Assembly (NCBI RefSeq): GCF_000372725.1
Contig: NW_005201287.1
Location: 326,986 to 390,985, forward strand
DNA length: 64,000 bases
Direction of reading: 5' to 3'
Origin: Emiliania huxleyi CCMP1516
Taxonomy: Eukaryota
A model generated the notes under the pieces. The model was not told the DNA's origin and made no database searches. It saw only the letters and a list, made by a program, of their open reading frames with translations. The position numbers and the translations under genes are program-made. This document shows positions 10,650-22,357 of this stretch, piece by piece. Position 1 is the first letter of the stretch. Each line of letters begins with the position of its first letter.

Positions 10650-11361
10650 GTGGTGGGGCAAGCGTACGGGGGGGCCGACCCTCGCTTCTCCACGGCCCCA
10701 CAAGCAGTGTGCCGAGGTCTGCTGCCTCCGCGTGCGCACTCGTGGAGCAGGACAGTCAGTCAGTATTGACCGCGCGCGCGTATGCGGTCGCCGTTCTGAT
10801 TGATCCAGCCGGGAATAGAACCCAGCTAATCTGAGCGTCTGTCTCTGTGTGGCAAGCTTCACTTTGGGGGCGGATGCCGTGTGCCTCCTTGGCTGCCCGG
10901 GGGGCGTGTGGCAGATAAGAAATATCACATCTGGCAGACTCGCCTGCCGGCATGTGGAAGACGGCTAGTGCTAGTCCCCCATCGTATCGGGAGGACGACC
11001 CCGGCTAGTCGCCGACCACACCCACAAAGAACCCTGCACAAAGATCGCAAGGGCGGGGACCTGTTCCTTTCTACCCACCTCACAGTAGAGAGTGTCCGTT
11101 TTTATTTATTTATTTCGCCTGCCTGCCGCCTCGGGCGGGCCTCGATCTGTCTGGTGTGAGGTTCATGAGCAAGAGCAATCGGCGGGCAAACGGCGGGCAA
11201 TCGGCGGGCAAACTTGCGGACACACACACGCACACACACAGACCGACCGACAGAATTTAGCCCTGGGAGGTCGCCCATTCTTCAGTCATATGCGAGCGCG
11301 TGCACGCAACTTTGCTCATCCCCGCGCCGCCTGGCTTTTCGCGGCCGCGAGATACACACAT

Positions 11362-12852
11362 ATGGCTGCTCGTCCATGCCAGCTCGCCGCCGCGCTATCA
11401 TTCATTGCGGACACGGCAGCCAAATCCCTACCTCCCTTCCCGTGGACCTTCAACGCCACTTTGAGCCGCTCCTACGACTTTGGCGGCGAGTCGCGCTCTT
11501 ACCACGCCCTCGTCCCACGTCACGGCCTGTTGGTGGGAGCCATCTTCTACTTTCACGGCGCGACGCTCGACGCCGGCACGATGGCGTACCTGTCCAGAGA
11601 CTTCACGGCCGAGGCGCTGCGGCGCGGGTACGCGCTGGTCTACCCAGAGGGCGTGCCGGACCCGGCCTCTTCTCAGCGGTGCAGAGAGCGGACCTGGAAC
11701 GGCGGCACTTGCTGCGGGCAGCGCTGCTTGTCCGTGCAATCATCCCCACGCCATCTCCACGCCACGTTTCCGACTTATCCGATAGGCACGCTGTGACGGT
11801 GGAGCCGCGTCCCGACGACGTGAGCTACACGCTGGGCGTGCGCGCAGACCTGCTACGCCGCGTCCCGCACTTGCGCGGCCGGCCCCTCTTTCTGACTGGC
11901 ATCTCCAACGGAGGCTCCATGGTCTTCCGCGTTGGCTGCGAGGCCTCCGAGGCCTTCCGCGCGATGGCGGCCGTCGTGGGGTCGCTCGAGATGCGAAACG
12001 CGACCGACTGCGGTTGCGATTGCGCCGACGGCGGCGACGGGTACACCTATTGCGCGTGGGACGAGCGTCGTCCGGGCTGCCGCCGCGATGATTGGCTCAA
12101 CAGCGGGCGGGAGCTCATCTACTCGTGCCCGATGCGGAGAAGCAAGCCACCTCTGCTGATGTTCAACGGCCGGCTGGACGAGCTGACCAACATCAGCGGG
12201 GTGGTCGAATTGCCGACGAACCGCTCGAACGCCACCGCCTACTATGAGAACTACAGCCCAATCGGCTACGTGTGGGAGCACTTTGCGCGAGCCTACGGCT
12301 GCTCGGGCGACGCGCGGCTCAGCTTCTCAAACGGGACGGCGGGCAACTCGACCCAGTGCTTCAGCTTTGGCGGGTGCGCCTCCAACGTGACGTACTGCCT
12401 CTCGGACGCGGGTGGTGGCGCCTGCGCATCTCCCGTCCTTATCTGGTGCATTTTCAGGCCTCGGCCTTCGAATAGGCCACCACTGGTACGGCACGACGCT
12501 GCAGCTAGAGTACGTCAAGGAGGTCATGGAGTGGGCGGGCAAGAACCTGACTCTTCTGATGAACCAGACGTTTGCGCCGAGCACGTCGAGCGTGCACACG
12601 ACGGAGCAGGTGTGCGCTCTACCTTTATGCTTGTGCCTCAGCTATGCCTCGGCCGTGCCTAGGAGCTAGGTCTCCAGGCGCACCTCGGCCGTACTTCGGC
12701 CGGGATCTCGATGGCAGGTGCTCGACTTTTTCGACCGCGAGGCAGCGGCGGCAAGCCCCGCTCCGCGTTTGGCCGACCGGAACGCGTTTGGGGAAGAAGG
12801 GGACCACGACGAGGGAGGAGGAGTAAGTGAATTGAAAATATGGAACGTGTGA
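11362..12852 (+). CDS. Secreted alpha/beta-hydrolase, LpqC / PHB-depolymerase-like esterase (4 exons)
   Basis: Motifs IFYFHG, ALVYPEG, TWNGGTCCG, DDVSY, nucleophile elbow TGISNGG, NGRLD and DAG|HHW, ending TTEQ|VLDFFD. Introns at ~11719-11785 (GC-AG), ~12412-12476 and ~12610-12717. Confidence 0.82.
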
Positions 12853-12946
12853 GCTATAACGTGTGCGAACAACGACTTAACACATCGCGGCGCGCGCCCT
12901 GCGTTGCACTCCTGGATTGGGGCTAGCTTGGGACTTGGCTGTGGTG

Positions 12947-13062
12947 CACTTGGAGCACTTGGAGTGCAGTCATTAACCTCACACCCAGGGCCGGGGAGCT
13001 AAGAAGCGCACCCAGCGGGCCGGATGATCGATATCGGGTTGCGGGCAAGAGAGCCCTAGCCC
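12947..13062 (+). repeat. ~115-bp dispersed repeat, copy 3
   Basis: Matches 681-794. Confidence 0.85.
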
Positions 13063-13128
13063 TGGGGGGTGCGCGTTCGCAGGGAAAGGGCCGTAAAGGA
13101 AACACATTCCACACTTTTTTGTCAGGGC

Positions 13129-16100
13129 ATGGCGGGTAGCGAACAGGCCGTTCCTCCTCCCGCCACGCCTCGCTTCCCGCTCGGCGAGCCGGCGGAAGCC
13201 ACGGGCGGCGGGCTGCGCGGCCTCGTGCAGCAGAAAGAACGCGAGCTGCACGACATCAACGAGTATCGCATCCACGCTCTCGAGGGCCTCGTGGCGGACC
13301 GCGAGCGAGAGGCGCGCTCCGCCCCCTTCCGCCGCGCCGCGCTCCGCTGAGACCGAGCACACACCCGCCGTACCGCGCACCGCATTATCACCACCGTCAC
13401 TGCCACCACCAGCACCCGCGGCTGTTGCCGCCGCCGCCGCCGCCGCCCGCCCGCCCGCCTGCTGCCCGCAACTCGCCACCGGCTGCCAGCACGACCGGCT
13501 TGCCTTAGCCCCTCCGGCGACGGCAGGCGGAGGTGTCGCGCGAGCGGCTGGCGAAGCTCAAGGAGGACTTCACCTACAACCTCCGCCTCCTCGAGGAGCG
13601 GGACGCCGAGCTCGAGCGCTACGACGCCGCGTTTGCGAGCCTGCGCGCTGCTCTGCGCGACAAGGAGTCCGAGGCGTCGGAGCTGCGGATCGCGGCGGCG
13701 GAGGCGGCGCATGCGGTGGCGCACGAGCGCGAGGCCTCCGCAGAGGCTGGCCGCAAGCTCGAGGCGGCGGTGGCGCGCGGGCGGGAGGAGGCCGAGGCGA
13801 TCCGCTGGAAGAGAGAGGACGAGCTTCAGGATCCGCCGAGATCCGCCGAGATCCGGCGAGATCCGGCGAGATCCGGCGAGATCCGGCGAGATGTGCGGTG
13901 GGCTGGAAGAGATGAGAGGACGACTCGCAGCTGCCGGCGAATCTCACGCCATCTCGGCGAATCTCGGGGACTCGCGGCTAATCTCGGCAGATCTTGGGCA
14001 GTCTCGGCTGATCTCGGACGATCTCGGGCGATCTCGGGCGATCTCGCAGGCGCTGGCGGCGGAGCTGGAGTCGGCGAAGCGGACGGCGGCGCGCAGGGTG
14101 GCGGAGGCGGAGGAGGCGCTGAGTGCGGAGCGGCGCGACGGCGCGATGGCGCTGGAGGCGCACGGCAGCGTGGGGCGCGAGCAGACGGGTGGTCGGGTCT
14201 TGGGCTCTGAGGCTCTTTGGGCTCTGATGTCGGTAGGAGCACAGCCGCAGCTTGGAGAGAGGGCAGCGCGAGGCCAGAGCCGCTCGAGCAGCCTCCGCGC
14301 GCGTGAACGGCGTCTCCCCACCCGTCCAGAGCCGTGCGCAGGTGGTCGAGGCGCTCGAGCAGCGGCTGCGAGCTGCAGAGCACCGGGCGGCGGCGGCGGC
14401 GGAGGAGGAGGAGGAGGCGCGGGCGGCTGAGCGGCGCGAGGCGGCGCGCGCGGACGCGGCGGAGGGGCGGCTGGAGGCGGTGGCGCGGGCGGAGGAGGAG
14501 GCGAGGGGGGCGGTGGAGAGAGAGGCCGCGGCGCGGGTGGCGGCGGAGGCGGAGCTGGCTGCGGCGAGGGCAGAGGCGGCGGCTGAGGTGGCGGAGGCGG
14601 CGAGGGGAAAGGGGAAGGCGGAAGCCGAGGCGGAGGCGCTCCGCAGCGAAGTGGCGGCGGCGGCGGTCGCTTGCGACGCGGCGGAGGCGGCGGCGCGGCG
14701 GGCGCAGGCCGAGAGCGGCGAGGCGACGCAGAGGGCGGAGGCGCGGCTGGCGGCGGCGAGGGAGGAGGCCGCTGGAGACGCGTCGGCCGCCGCGCGCGCG
14801 CGCTCGCACTGCGTGGCGCTGCAGCGCGAGGTCGAGGAGGCGGAGGGGCGGCTCGCGGCGGCGGGCGCGGAGGCGCGCAGGCGAGAGGGAGGCTTGCGCG
14901 AGGAGAGCGCCGCAGAGGCGCCGCGTGAGGTGTGAACGGCGTCTCTTCAAGCGTCTGGCTGTGAACAGGCGCACGCCGCAGAGCTCGCCGCCGCCGAAGC
15001 GCGGCTCGAGGCGGCGAAGCAGGAGAGGGGGGACGGCCGCCCTCGACCTGTCCGCGGGCGGGTGTGTCCACGGGGTTGGTGGGTGCTTGTAGGAGAGGGA
15101 GGCCGCCGCGCGCGCCGCTCTGACGGCGGCGGACGAGGCGGCGGAGGCGGCGGCTGCAGAGGCGGGGGCGGTGCGGCGGGAGGCGGCGGAGGCGGGGGCG
15201 GAGAGGGACGCGGCCCTGGCGCAGCTGGCCGAGGCGACTGCGCGGCTGGCGAGGCGCGCGGCCGAGCAGGCGGAGACTTGTGGCACGAGGAGGCCCCTCT
15301 GAGGTCCGACTCCTCTGACTCGTGTTGCAGGCACGGCGCGGAGCAGGCCGAGGCGGAGGCGCTTCGCTCTCGCGCCGCCACGCTGGTGGAGGAGGCGAGT
15401 TGAGGACGAGAGTCGTGTCCCACGGCCGGGGAGGGAAGGAGGGGGTTCACTGGCTGACTGACCTCTCCCCCCCCCCCTCCTCCCCCCCTCTCTTGCTTCC
15501 CTCTCTCCCTCTCCGTGGACCAGGCCGCACGTCTCGAGGCGCTGGTGACTTCCCGCTGCCAGCAGCAGCCCGCCCAACCCAACCCAGCCCCTCCGCCCAA
15601 GGGAAGGAGGGGTCGCTGCGTAGGTGCCGCAGCTGCGGCAGGAGGTGGCGGACGCGCGGGCGGCCGCCGACGGCAACGCGGCGGCGGCGGCGCGGGCTGC
15701 TCAGCCCCTCGCCTTCGAGCTGGCATTGATTCCACGATGAGGCGTGGTGACTCCACGGGCTAGGCGCGGGCTGCTCAGCTCACATCCGAGCTCGAAGGCG
15801 CGAGGCGCGAGGCGGCCGAGGCGGCGGCGGCGGCAACCACCGCCCAGGCGACGGCGGCGGCGGCGGAGGCGGCCGCGTCCGCCGCCACCGTCGCGGCGGC
15901 GGAGTTCGAGGCCCGGCTCGAGGCGAGTCAGCTGCGGGCGGCGCAGGCGGAGGAGGCGCTGGACGCGCGCACGTCGCAGCTCGCCGCCGCCGCCCTCGGC
16001 ATCGCACCCGCGCCTCCTCCTCCCCCCGCCGCTGCCGGAGGAGGAGGAGGCGGAGGCGGGGACGACGAATCCCTGCCCTCTCCGCCGTCGCTGCCCGTGT

Positions 16101-19100
16101 CTGTGCCCGTCTCGCCGTCTCTCTACGGCGCGAGGTCCGCCGGATCGGCCTTTGGCCTCCGCGGCGGCGGCGGCGGCGGCGTCGGCGGCTTTGCGGCGGC
16201 GGCGGCGGTGGAGCGGGCGGAGCAGCGGGCGGCGGCGCTCGAGGAGGAGAATGCGGGGCTGCGGAGGGCGGTGAGTGCGATGCGAGCCGACATGCAGGCG
16301 AGATGCAGCCGAGATGCGGCCGAGATGCGGCCGAGATGCGGCCGAGATTCTGAGACAGAGGTGGTCGTGCGGCCCGACTTGCAGGCGAGCGCGGCGCAGG
16401 CAGCACAGCGTCAGGCCGATGGCGGGCCAGGCGACGCCGCCGCGCGCGCGGCAGTGGCGGCGGAGGCGGCGGAGGCGGAGGCGCGCGCCCAGCACTACGC
16501 GGCGCACAACGAGCTGCTCTCGCTGCGGCTGGCCGAGGCGACAGAGGGGGGGCGCGCCGACACGGCGCCGATCATCGCCGCCGAGGCGCCGGCCCGTCCG
16601 GCGAGGAGCCGCGCCTCGCTGCTCCCCTTCTTTTGTCTGAGTGCCGTGCTGCTCTTGCAGGCGTCGCTGCTGCGCCGTCGGGTGTGTGCGCTGGAGGAGA
16701 CGCGAGGCCGGCTGCAGGCGCCACCCCGTGTGTGTCGCGGACTTGTGCCTGGTCCCTTCCGAGACGTGTCCTGGAACCTTCCTCTGCAGGCGCAGCTGCG
16801 AGACTTGCGGACGGCCGCCACAGCGGCCACGGCGCTCGCCGGCGGCGGTGCGGGCGGCACTGGTGCGGGCAGCGGCGGCAGCGGCGGCGGAGAGGGCGGC
16901 GATGCCGAGGCAGTGCGGGTGCTGCAGGGCAAGCTGTCTGCGCTGACGGCGCGGCTGGCGGATCGGACGAGTCTGGGAGAGGGCGGGTGATGCGCTCGCT
17001 GAGGTCGACGATCGACGATGACGTAGGCGCGGCTGGCGGATCGGACGAGGGAGTGCGAGGCGCGGCAGCGGGGCGGCGGGCGGGAGTGCAGTGCCTCTAG
17101 TCCTCACTGACGGCCGCCCCTCGCGACCACTCACAGGCGCTGCGGCTGGCGGCTGGCGGCGAGGAGGCTGCCCCGCCGCGCAGGCAGCTGGGCGGCTGCC
17201 TGCGGGCTGCTTGTCGGCTACCTGCCGGCGACCTGTCGGCTGTAGGTGGAAGCGTTGCGCGGGCAGCTGGCGGCGGCGGAGGCGGACGTGGCGCGGCTGG
17301 CGGAGGAGCGCGAGAAGCTGATGGAGATCTAGTGAAGTACTCAATTAATTAGTAATTACATCGTCAAGAATAGGAGCGCGAGAAGCTGATGGAGATCTCC
17401 AACATGTTGCGCGCCGATCTCAACCGCGCGATGGCGGACGGCGCCTCGCCCGCCGCTAGCCGCGACGCGGCCGAGGCGGCGGCGGAGCGGGCGACGCGCG
17501 AGGTTGGTGGTCCGGTCGAGGCGGCGGGAGAGAGCGAGAGAGCCGTGGGGCAAGGCGGAGAGGTGTGTGAGCAGGTCGGCGCGCAGTACGAGGCCAAGCT
17601 CGGCGAGATCGAGGGGGCGATGCGGGAGCTGATCTCGCAGAACCGCGCGCTCAAGGCGAGAGGCAGCCGAGAGGCAGCCGAGAGGCAGCCGAGAGGCAGC
17701 CGAGAGGCAGCCGAGAGGCAGCCGAGAGGCAGCCGAGAGGCAGCCGAGAGGCAGCCGAGAGGCAGCCATCTCTCCCCACATCTCCCCACATCTCCCCACA
17801 TCTCCCCACATCTCCCCACATCTCCCCACATCTCGAGAAGGCGGAGCTCCGGCGGTGGACATCGCTCGACGCGGCGGCGCTGCCGCTCGTGGAGAGCCGC
17901 GACGGGCCGCCACACACGTCCGACCGTCCGGGGGGGTCGAGGCTGCACACGTCCTGCGGGGCAGGCTCGCGCTTGCCGGCTGGTGGGCTCGCCACGTACG
18001 GCACGGCTGCGGGGAGGGAGGAGTGGCTGAGGGAGGCGAGGGGCGAGGGGGAGGGGGGAGGCGACTTTCCCTGGGACGACGCGAGGAGCGGCGGCGGCGG
18101 CGAGGGCGGCGGCGAGGGCGGCGGCGGCGGAGGGGCGGGCGAGCGCGCGGCGGGGCAGCGGTGGGCGAGCAGCTCTGTACGGGCCAGCAGTGGCAGTGCT
18201 CGTTCCGACGCGAGGTCTCGGCTCAGCGACGCAAAGCGATCCCTCGCGCTCAACGGAGCCGGGTCGTCCTTGTCGGCGCGCCTCGACCCCCCCGGACNNN
18301 NNNNNNNNNNNNNNNNNNNNNNNNNNNNNNNNNNNNNNNNNNNNNNNNNNNNNNNNNNNNNNNNNNNNNNNNNNNNNNNNNNNNNNNNNNNNNNNNNGGG
18401 GGGGGTTTCCGCTTGGGAAGAGCCGGGAGGGGCCCCCAAAAACTTCGAACCTTCGGGGGGGGTGGAGGCTGCACAGTTCTTGGGGGGAAGGTTCGCGTTT
18501 GCCGGTTGGGGGGCTCCCCACTTAGGGCACGGTTGGGGGAAGGAAGAATTGTCTAAGGAAGCCAAGGGCCAAGGGGGAGGGGGGAGCCACTTTTCCTTGG
18601 GACAACCCAAGAAACGGCGGCGGCGCCAAGGGCGCCGCCAAGGGCGCCGGCGGCGAAGGGGCGGGCAACCCCCCGGGGGGGCAGCGGTGGGCGAGAACCT
18701 TTGTAGGGGCCAGAAGGGGCAGTGCTGGTTCCGACGGGGGGTTTGGGTTAAGGGACGAAAAGGGTTCCCTCGCGCTAAAGGGAGCGGGGTGGTCTTTGTG
18801 GGGGGGCTTGGACCCCCCCCCCCCCAAAAAAACATTACCCCCCCCCCCCCCCACCCCACCCCACTCCCTGACACACCCCACCCCACCCCACTCCCTGAGA
18901 CACGCACAGCCCAGAGGCGCAGCCCAGAGGCACGCAGCCCGGAGCGTACCTCCAACCTCCTGCTCCTGCGGATGACAGGCCCGCGCGGCGCACACGCCGG
19001 CGACTGCGCGCGCGACGGTGTCTCAGGCGCCACGCCGCCCCCGCCCGCCCCGCCCGCCGCTCCCTCGCCTTCTAACCCTCCCGTCTCCCCGCTCCTTCTC

Positions 19101-19264
19101 CCCTCGCCGTCTCCCCTCCCCCCTATATGCTCTCTCTCCTCCCTCCTGATCCGTCCCCAGCTTGGCGCCAGGCACGCATGCTTGAGGCGCAGCGGCAGCG
19201 GGCAGAGGCGGGCCGCCGCCGACCGACGGTACGAAATTGGGCGGCCGGGCCGGGAGACGCGTGA
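13129..19264 (+). CDS. CCDC57: CCDC57-like long coiled-coil (centriolar) protein, many introns, spans an assembly gap
   Basis: LKEDFTYNLRLLEERDAELERYDAAF and EREKLMEISNMLRADL resemble conserved CCDC57 segments. E/A/R-rich coiled-coil exons. The last exon ARMLEAQRQR...PTVRNW..* stops at 19262-19264. Confidence 0.7.
18298..18397. other. Assembly gap (100 N)
   Basis: N run; the sequence to its right is a degraded re-read of 17880-18297. Confidence 0.99.
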
Positions 19265-20331
19265 CACGCTAAGCTTCCACTCAGTCGTGGCACCGTTTCT
19301 CATGCATGATTGTGCATGCTCCATGCACCACATTTTTGAAGGTCTCCGTGTGTGGTGAGAAGAAGGCGCCGTGAGTGTAGTGTGTAGATGAACGAATGAA
19401 ATCGAAAAACGGCCAAAGGCAAAGCAACAAACGCTCTTGAGACCTGCTCGTTGACGAGAGTCGAGACGGAGGGATCGGAGATGGAAAATAAAAGAAATCG
19501 GGGGGCGGGACCCACTTCGCCACAGTCCCACAGACGGTCCCGCGCCTCGCCGCTAGGACGGCGACACGGCCGCGGCTCGTGTGCGTGTCGCCGTCTTTGT
19601 CCGGAGTGAAGACTCCAACGCGCTCGTCGGTGACGGTGTCCTCCAACCTGCGCCGCGCTCGGCGAACCTCGACAGCGCCTTCGGTGGCATGCACCTCTTT
19701 GCGACTGAAGCCTGGAGAGCAGCTCCTCTGCTGCTCACACGCTCTGCACAGACGGCACAGCCTATTGTGCGGCTGCCACAGCTGTGACAGCGATGGGCTC
19801 GCCCTCACTGGCCCTCAGTCACTTGTGCTGCGGCTTGTGTGAGCGACACTGCTCGGCGACTGCCGGCACACTGTGAGACCATGGGCGTGAGGTTAAACCA
19901 CGCTAACCAGCGCTTGGTCACATTGGCCCCGAGGTCAGATCCTTCTACTCTCTTAGTGACAAGACTTGTCTACTGGCTGGAGCCGAGCAGGAGGGCCCGG
20001 CGCACAACCCCTGGTCAACTCACGGTCCACACCCCGTAGACCTCTTCAGATCTATCTAGCGCGGTTAGAGGCTGAGGGCCGGTAAGCGCGAGGGAACTAA
20101 AGTGCGGTGGGAGCTGGGACGTGCGCCCGATGCACGTGATAAGCTATTCGAGGCATCTTGTTACAAGTTTCCCCTCAACTTCGCGGTGAAAATGTTTGGT
20201 CGACGTTGCAGATGCGAGATGTACAAAAGTCGAAGAGAGAACGGTTGCGAGATGGCACAGATGCGTTGCCCTCCTCTGTCCGGTGCGACTTACACAAGCC
20301 TGTTTACCAGTACTTTTGTCCCTTTCCCGCA

Positions 20332-21000
20332 TCACAACTCCCCCTTCTCGTTGTCGTCATCGTCGCCACCCGTCGCTGTTCTCACCCTCACGCCACACTC
20401 CCCCGGCTGCGCCTCGCCGCACAGGGTCAGCAGCTCCTCCGCCCGCGCGGTGCCGCCGCCGTCCCCGAGCCGGCTGCGTGCGGCCGCGATTAGGTTGCCG
20501 ACGACAAAGCCGGCACCGACCCCTGGCTTGGGACGTGCGAAGCCAGGCAGCCCTCCTAGGCTGCCGATGGCTGAGTAAGCGGAGGAGAGCGCCTGGTGAG
20601 ATCAAAAGGGCCCACGTCGGGGCATGGCCAGGGCTTGAGCTATCCCGCTGGTGCGAGGGCGGTAGGGCACCTCGACGCACGCGGCACCTCCAGCCGGCGC
20701 CGGCTTTGTGCAACAGGCTGCCAGGTCGACGAGGAGGTCGTTAGCGAACGAGGCAATGCCTCCCTCCTCAACGATTGCGGAGACCTTGTCGAGCAAGCAC
20801 CCTGCCACCTGAGGTCCGTCCGACCTGCTGCGCACAATGTCGTCGTCGCCGGAGAAGAAATTGTTCTGGGCGCGGCCCGCTTGGATGGTGGCAACCATTG
20901 CTTCCAAGGTGGCGGCAGCTGGCTTGTCCGCAGAGGCGAGGGAGAGGAGGAGGGTCGCGAGAAGGGCGGCAGCAGCGCTCCGTGTCGCGCGAAGCGGCAT
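20332..21000 (-). CDS. Secreted/ER-lumenal hypothetical protein with signal peptide and C-terminal KGEL (2 exons)
   Basis: Signal peptide MPLRATRSAAAALLATLLLSLASA. Removing the GT-AG intron 20593-20670 gives an open frame ...ACVE|ALSSAYSAIG...DDDDNEKGEL*. Confidence 0.72.
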
Positions 21001-22357
21001 ATGTTGTACCCGCCCAGTTCTCTTCCACCTGCTGATGCGGGGCTCCCTCCCGCGAGCTGGCAGCCCTCTGGAGATGTGCGCTGATATGAAACGCGTAAGA
21101 CAACAACCGAACGCGATGCAGGGTTCGGGCTCCTAGCCTTCTAGGGGGTCTCACATTGGCCCGTACCCACCTATCTGGAGCGGTGACGGCCCGCCCCTAC
21201 CTACCTATGTGTCAACCCGGGACGGGCCGCCTCGTGGGTCACGCCAAGTTTAGCCGCGCTTCTCCCGCGCGCTACTGAGCACTGAGCACTGGAATAGGGT
21301 CGATTCCGCATGGTACGGGACCCCTCGATCGTCTCACCCTCCCTCGCTGGTGTGCTCATGGGGGGGGGTCATAACAAACACGGTCCAGGATCGAGGTGCA
21401 CGCCGCCGAGGGACCTCGGAGGGTAGATCGGGCGGTGTCGTCCCCCCTCTCCATCATCTCCGCGGAGATGTCGTCGGTGGTGGCGGTTGTGACCGATCGA
21501 GCTACAAGAGGAGCTTGTTCAGCAGGATCCGGGATGGTCAGATGCACTACCTCACTGGGCCTGAGACCACCGCACGACGCACCCATCACCGTCTCGGGTT
21601 TATGTGGAGTCGAACCACTCCGGGATGGGCAAGCCCATCAAGTCATTTTCGTCAAAGTAGAGCTCGAGCAAGATGTTCAGCCGCCCGCACGTCGTCCCCC
21701 GCACGCTGCCGGATCCCATATTGGTTGGGGACCCGTAGCATCATGCCCTTGGCCCGCGTGCGAGGCAATAATCCGACGTCCTGCTGGGGTGCCGGCCCGA
21801 AGCATGTACCGCCATACAGCTGTATGCGGCCCTGGGATGACACGTCTCATAGCGCCGAGTGCCGCTGGCGTGCGACATCGGCGGAGCAACGTGCTGAGCA
21901 CATCGGGAGAAACCCAGAAAGGCCCGCGCAAGAAGACGAGGCGCGGCCGTCCAATGACCATCGCGGCAAAGGGGACTCAAAGGATGCCACTGCTGTCTCC
22001 ACGCTTGGTGGCCAATCCCAGCAGTGCACCAACCTTCCGCCACACCGCACACGCTCGCCGCAGCTGTGAATCAAAAAAATAGCGAAAGACTAGAGACACC
22101 AAGCGCCCTCTCCCCGTCTAATCACTCCTCGTCCGGAGCGGCTGCGCTCGAGAAGCTCTCAACACTCAAGCTCACAGGCGGCCCATTGGATTGTGCGCGG
22201 GCATTGGAGATTAAATGTGCAACGCATGGCCGCTAAAGGCTCTCAGAACGCATGCCCCATGAGTGTGTGTCATGCCTCATCTCATGGTGTCCGCACGCGC
22301 CGCCCGTGTGTGTGTGTGCACGAGAGACAGTAAGCCACCCCGTAAAAGAAAGGCACG

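Noticed and set aside
18398..18830. Apparent diverged tandem duplication of 17880-18297
   Set aside because: It abuts an N gap and the differences are mostly homopolymer-type smearing, typical of a low-quality read end. Treated as an assembly artefact.
21150..22240. Several 200+ aa ORFs
   Set aside because: No recognisable motifs or coherent gene structure, so not called.
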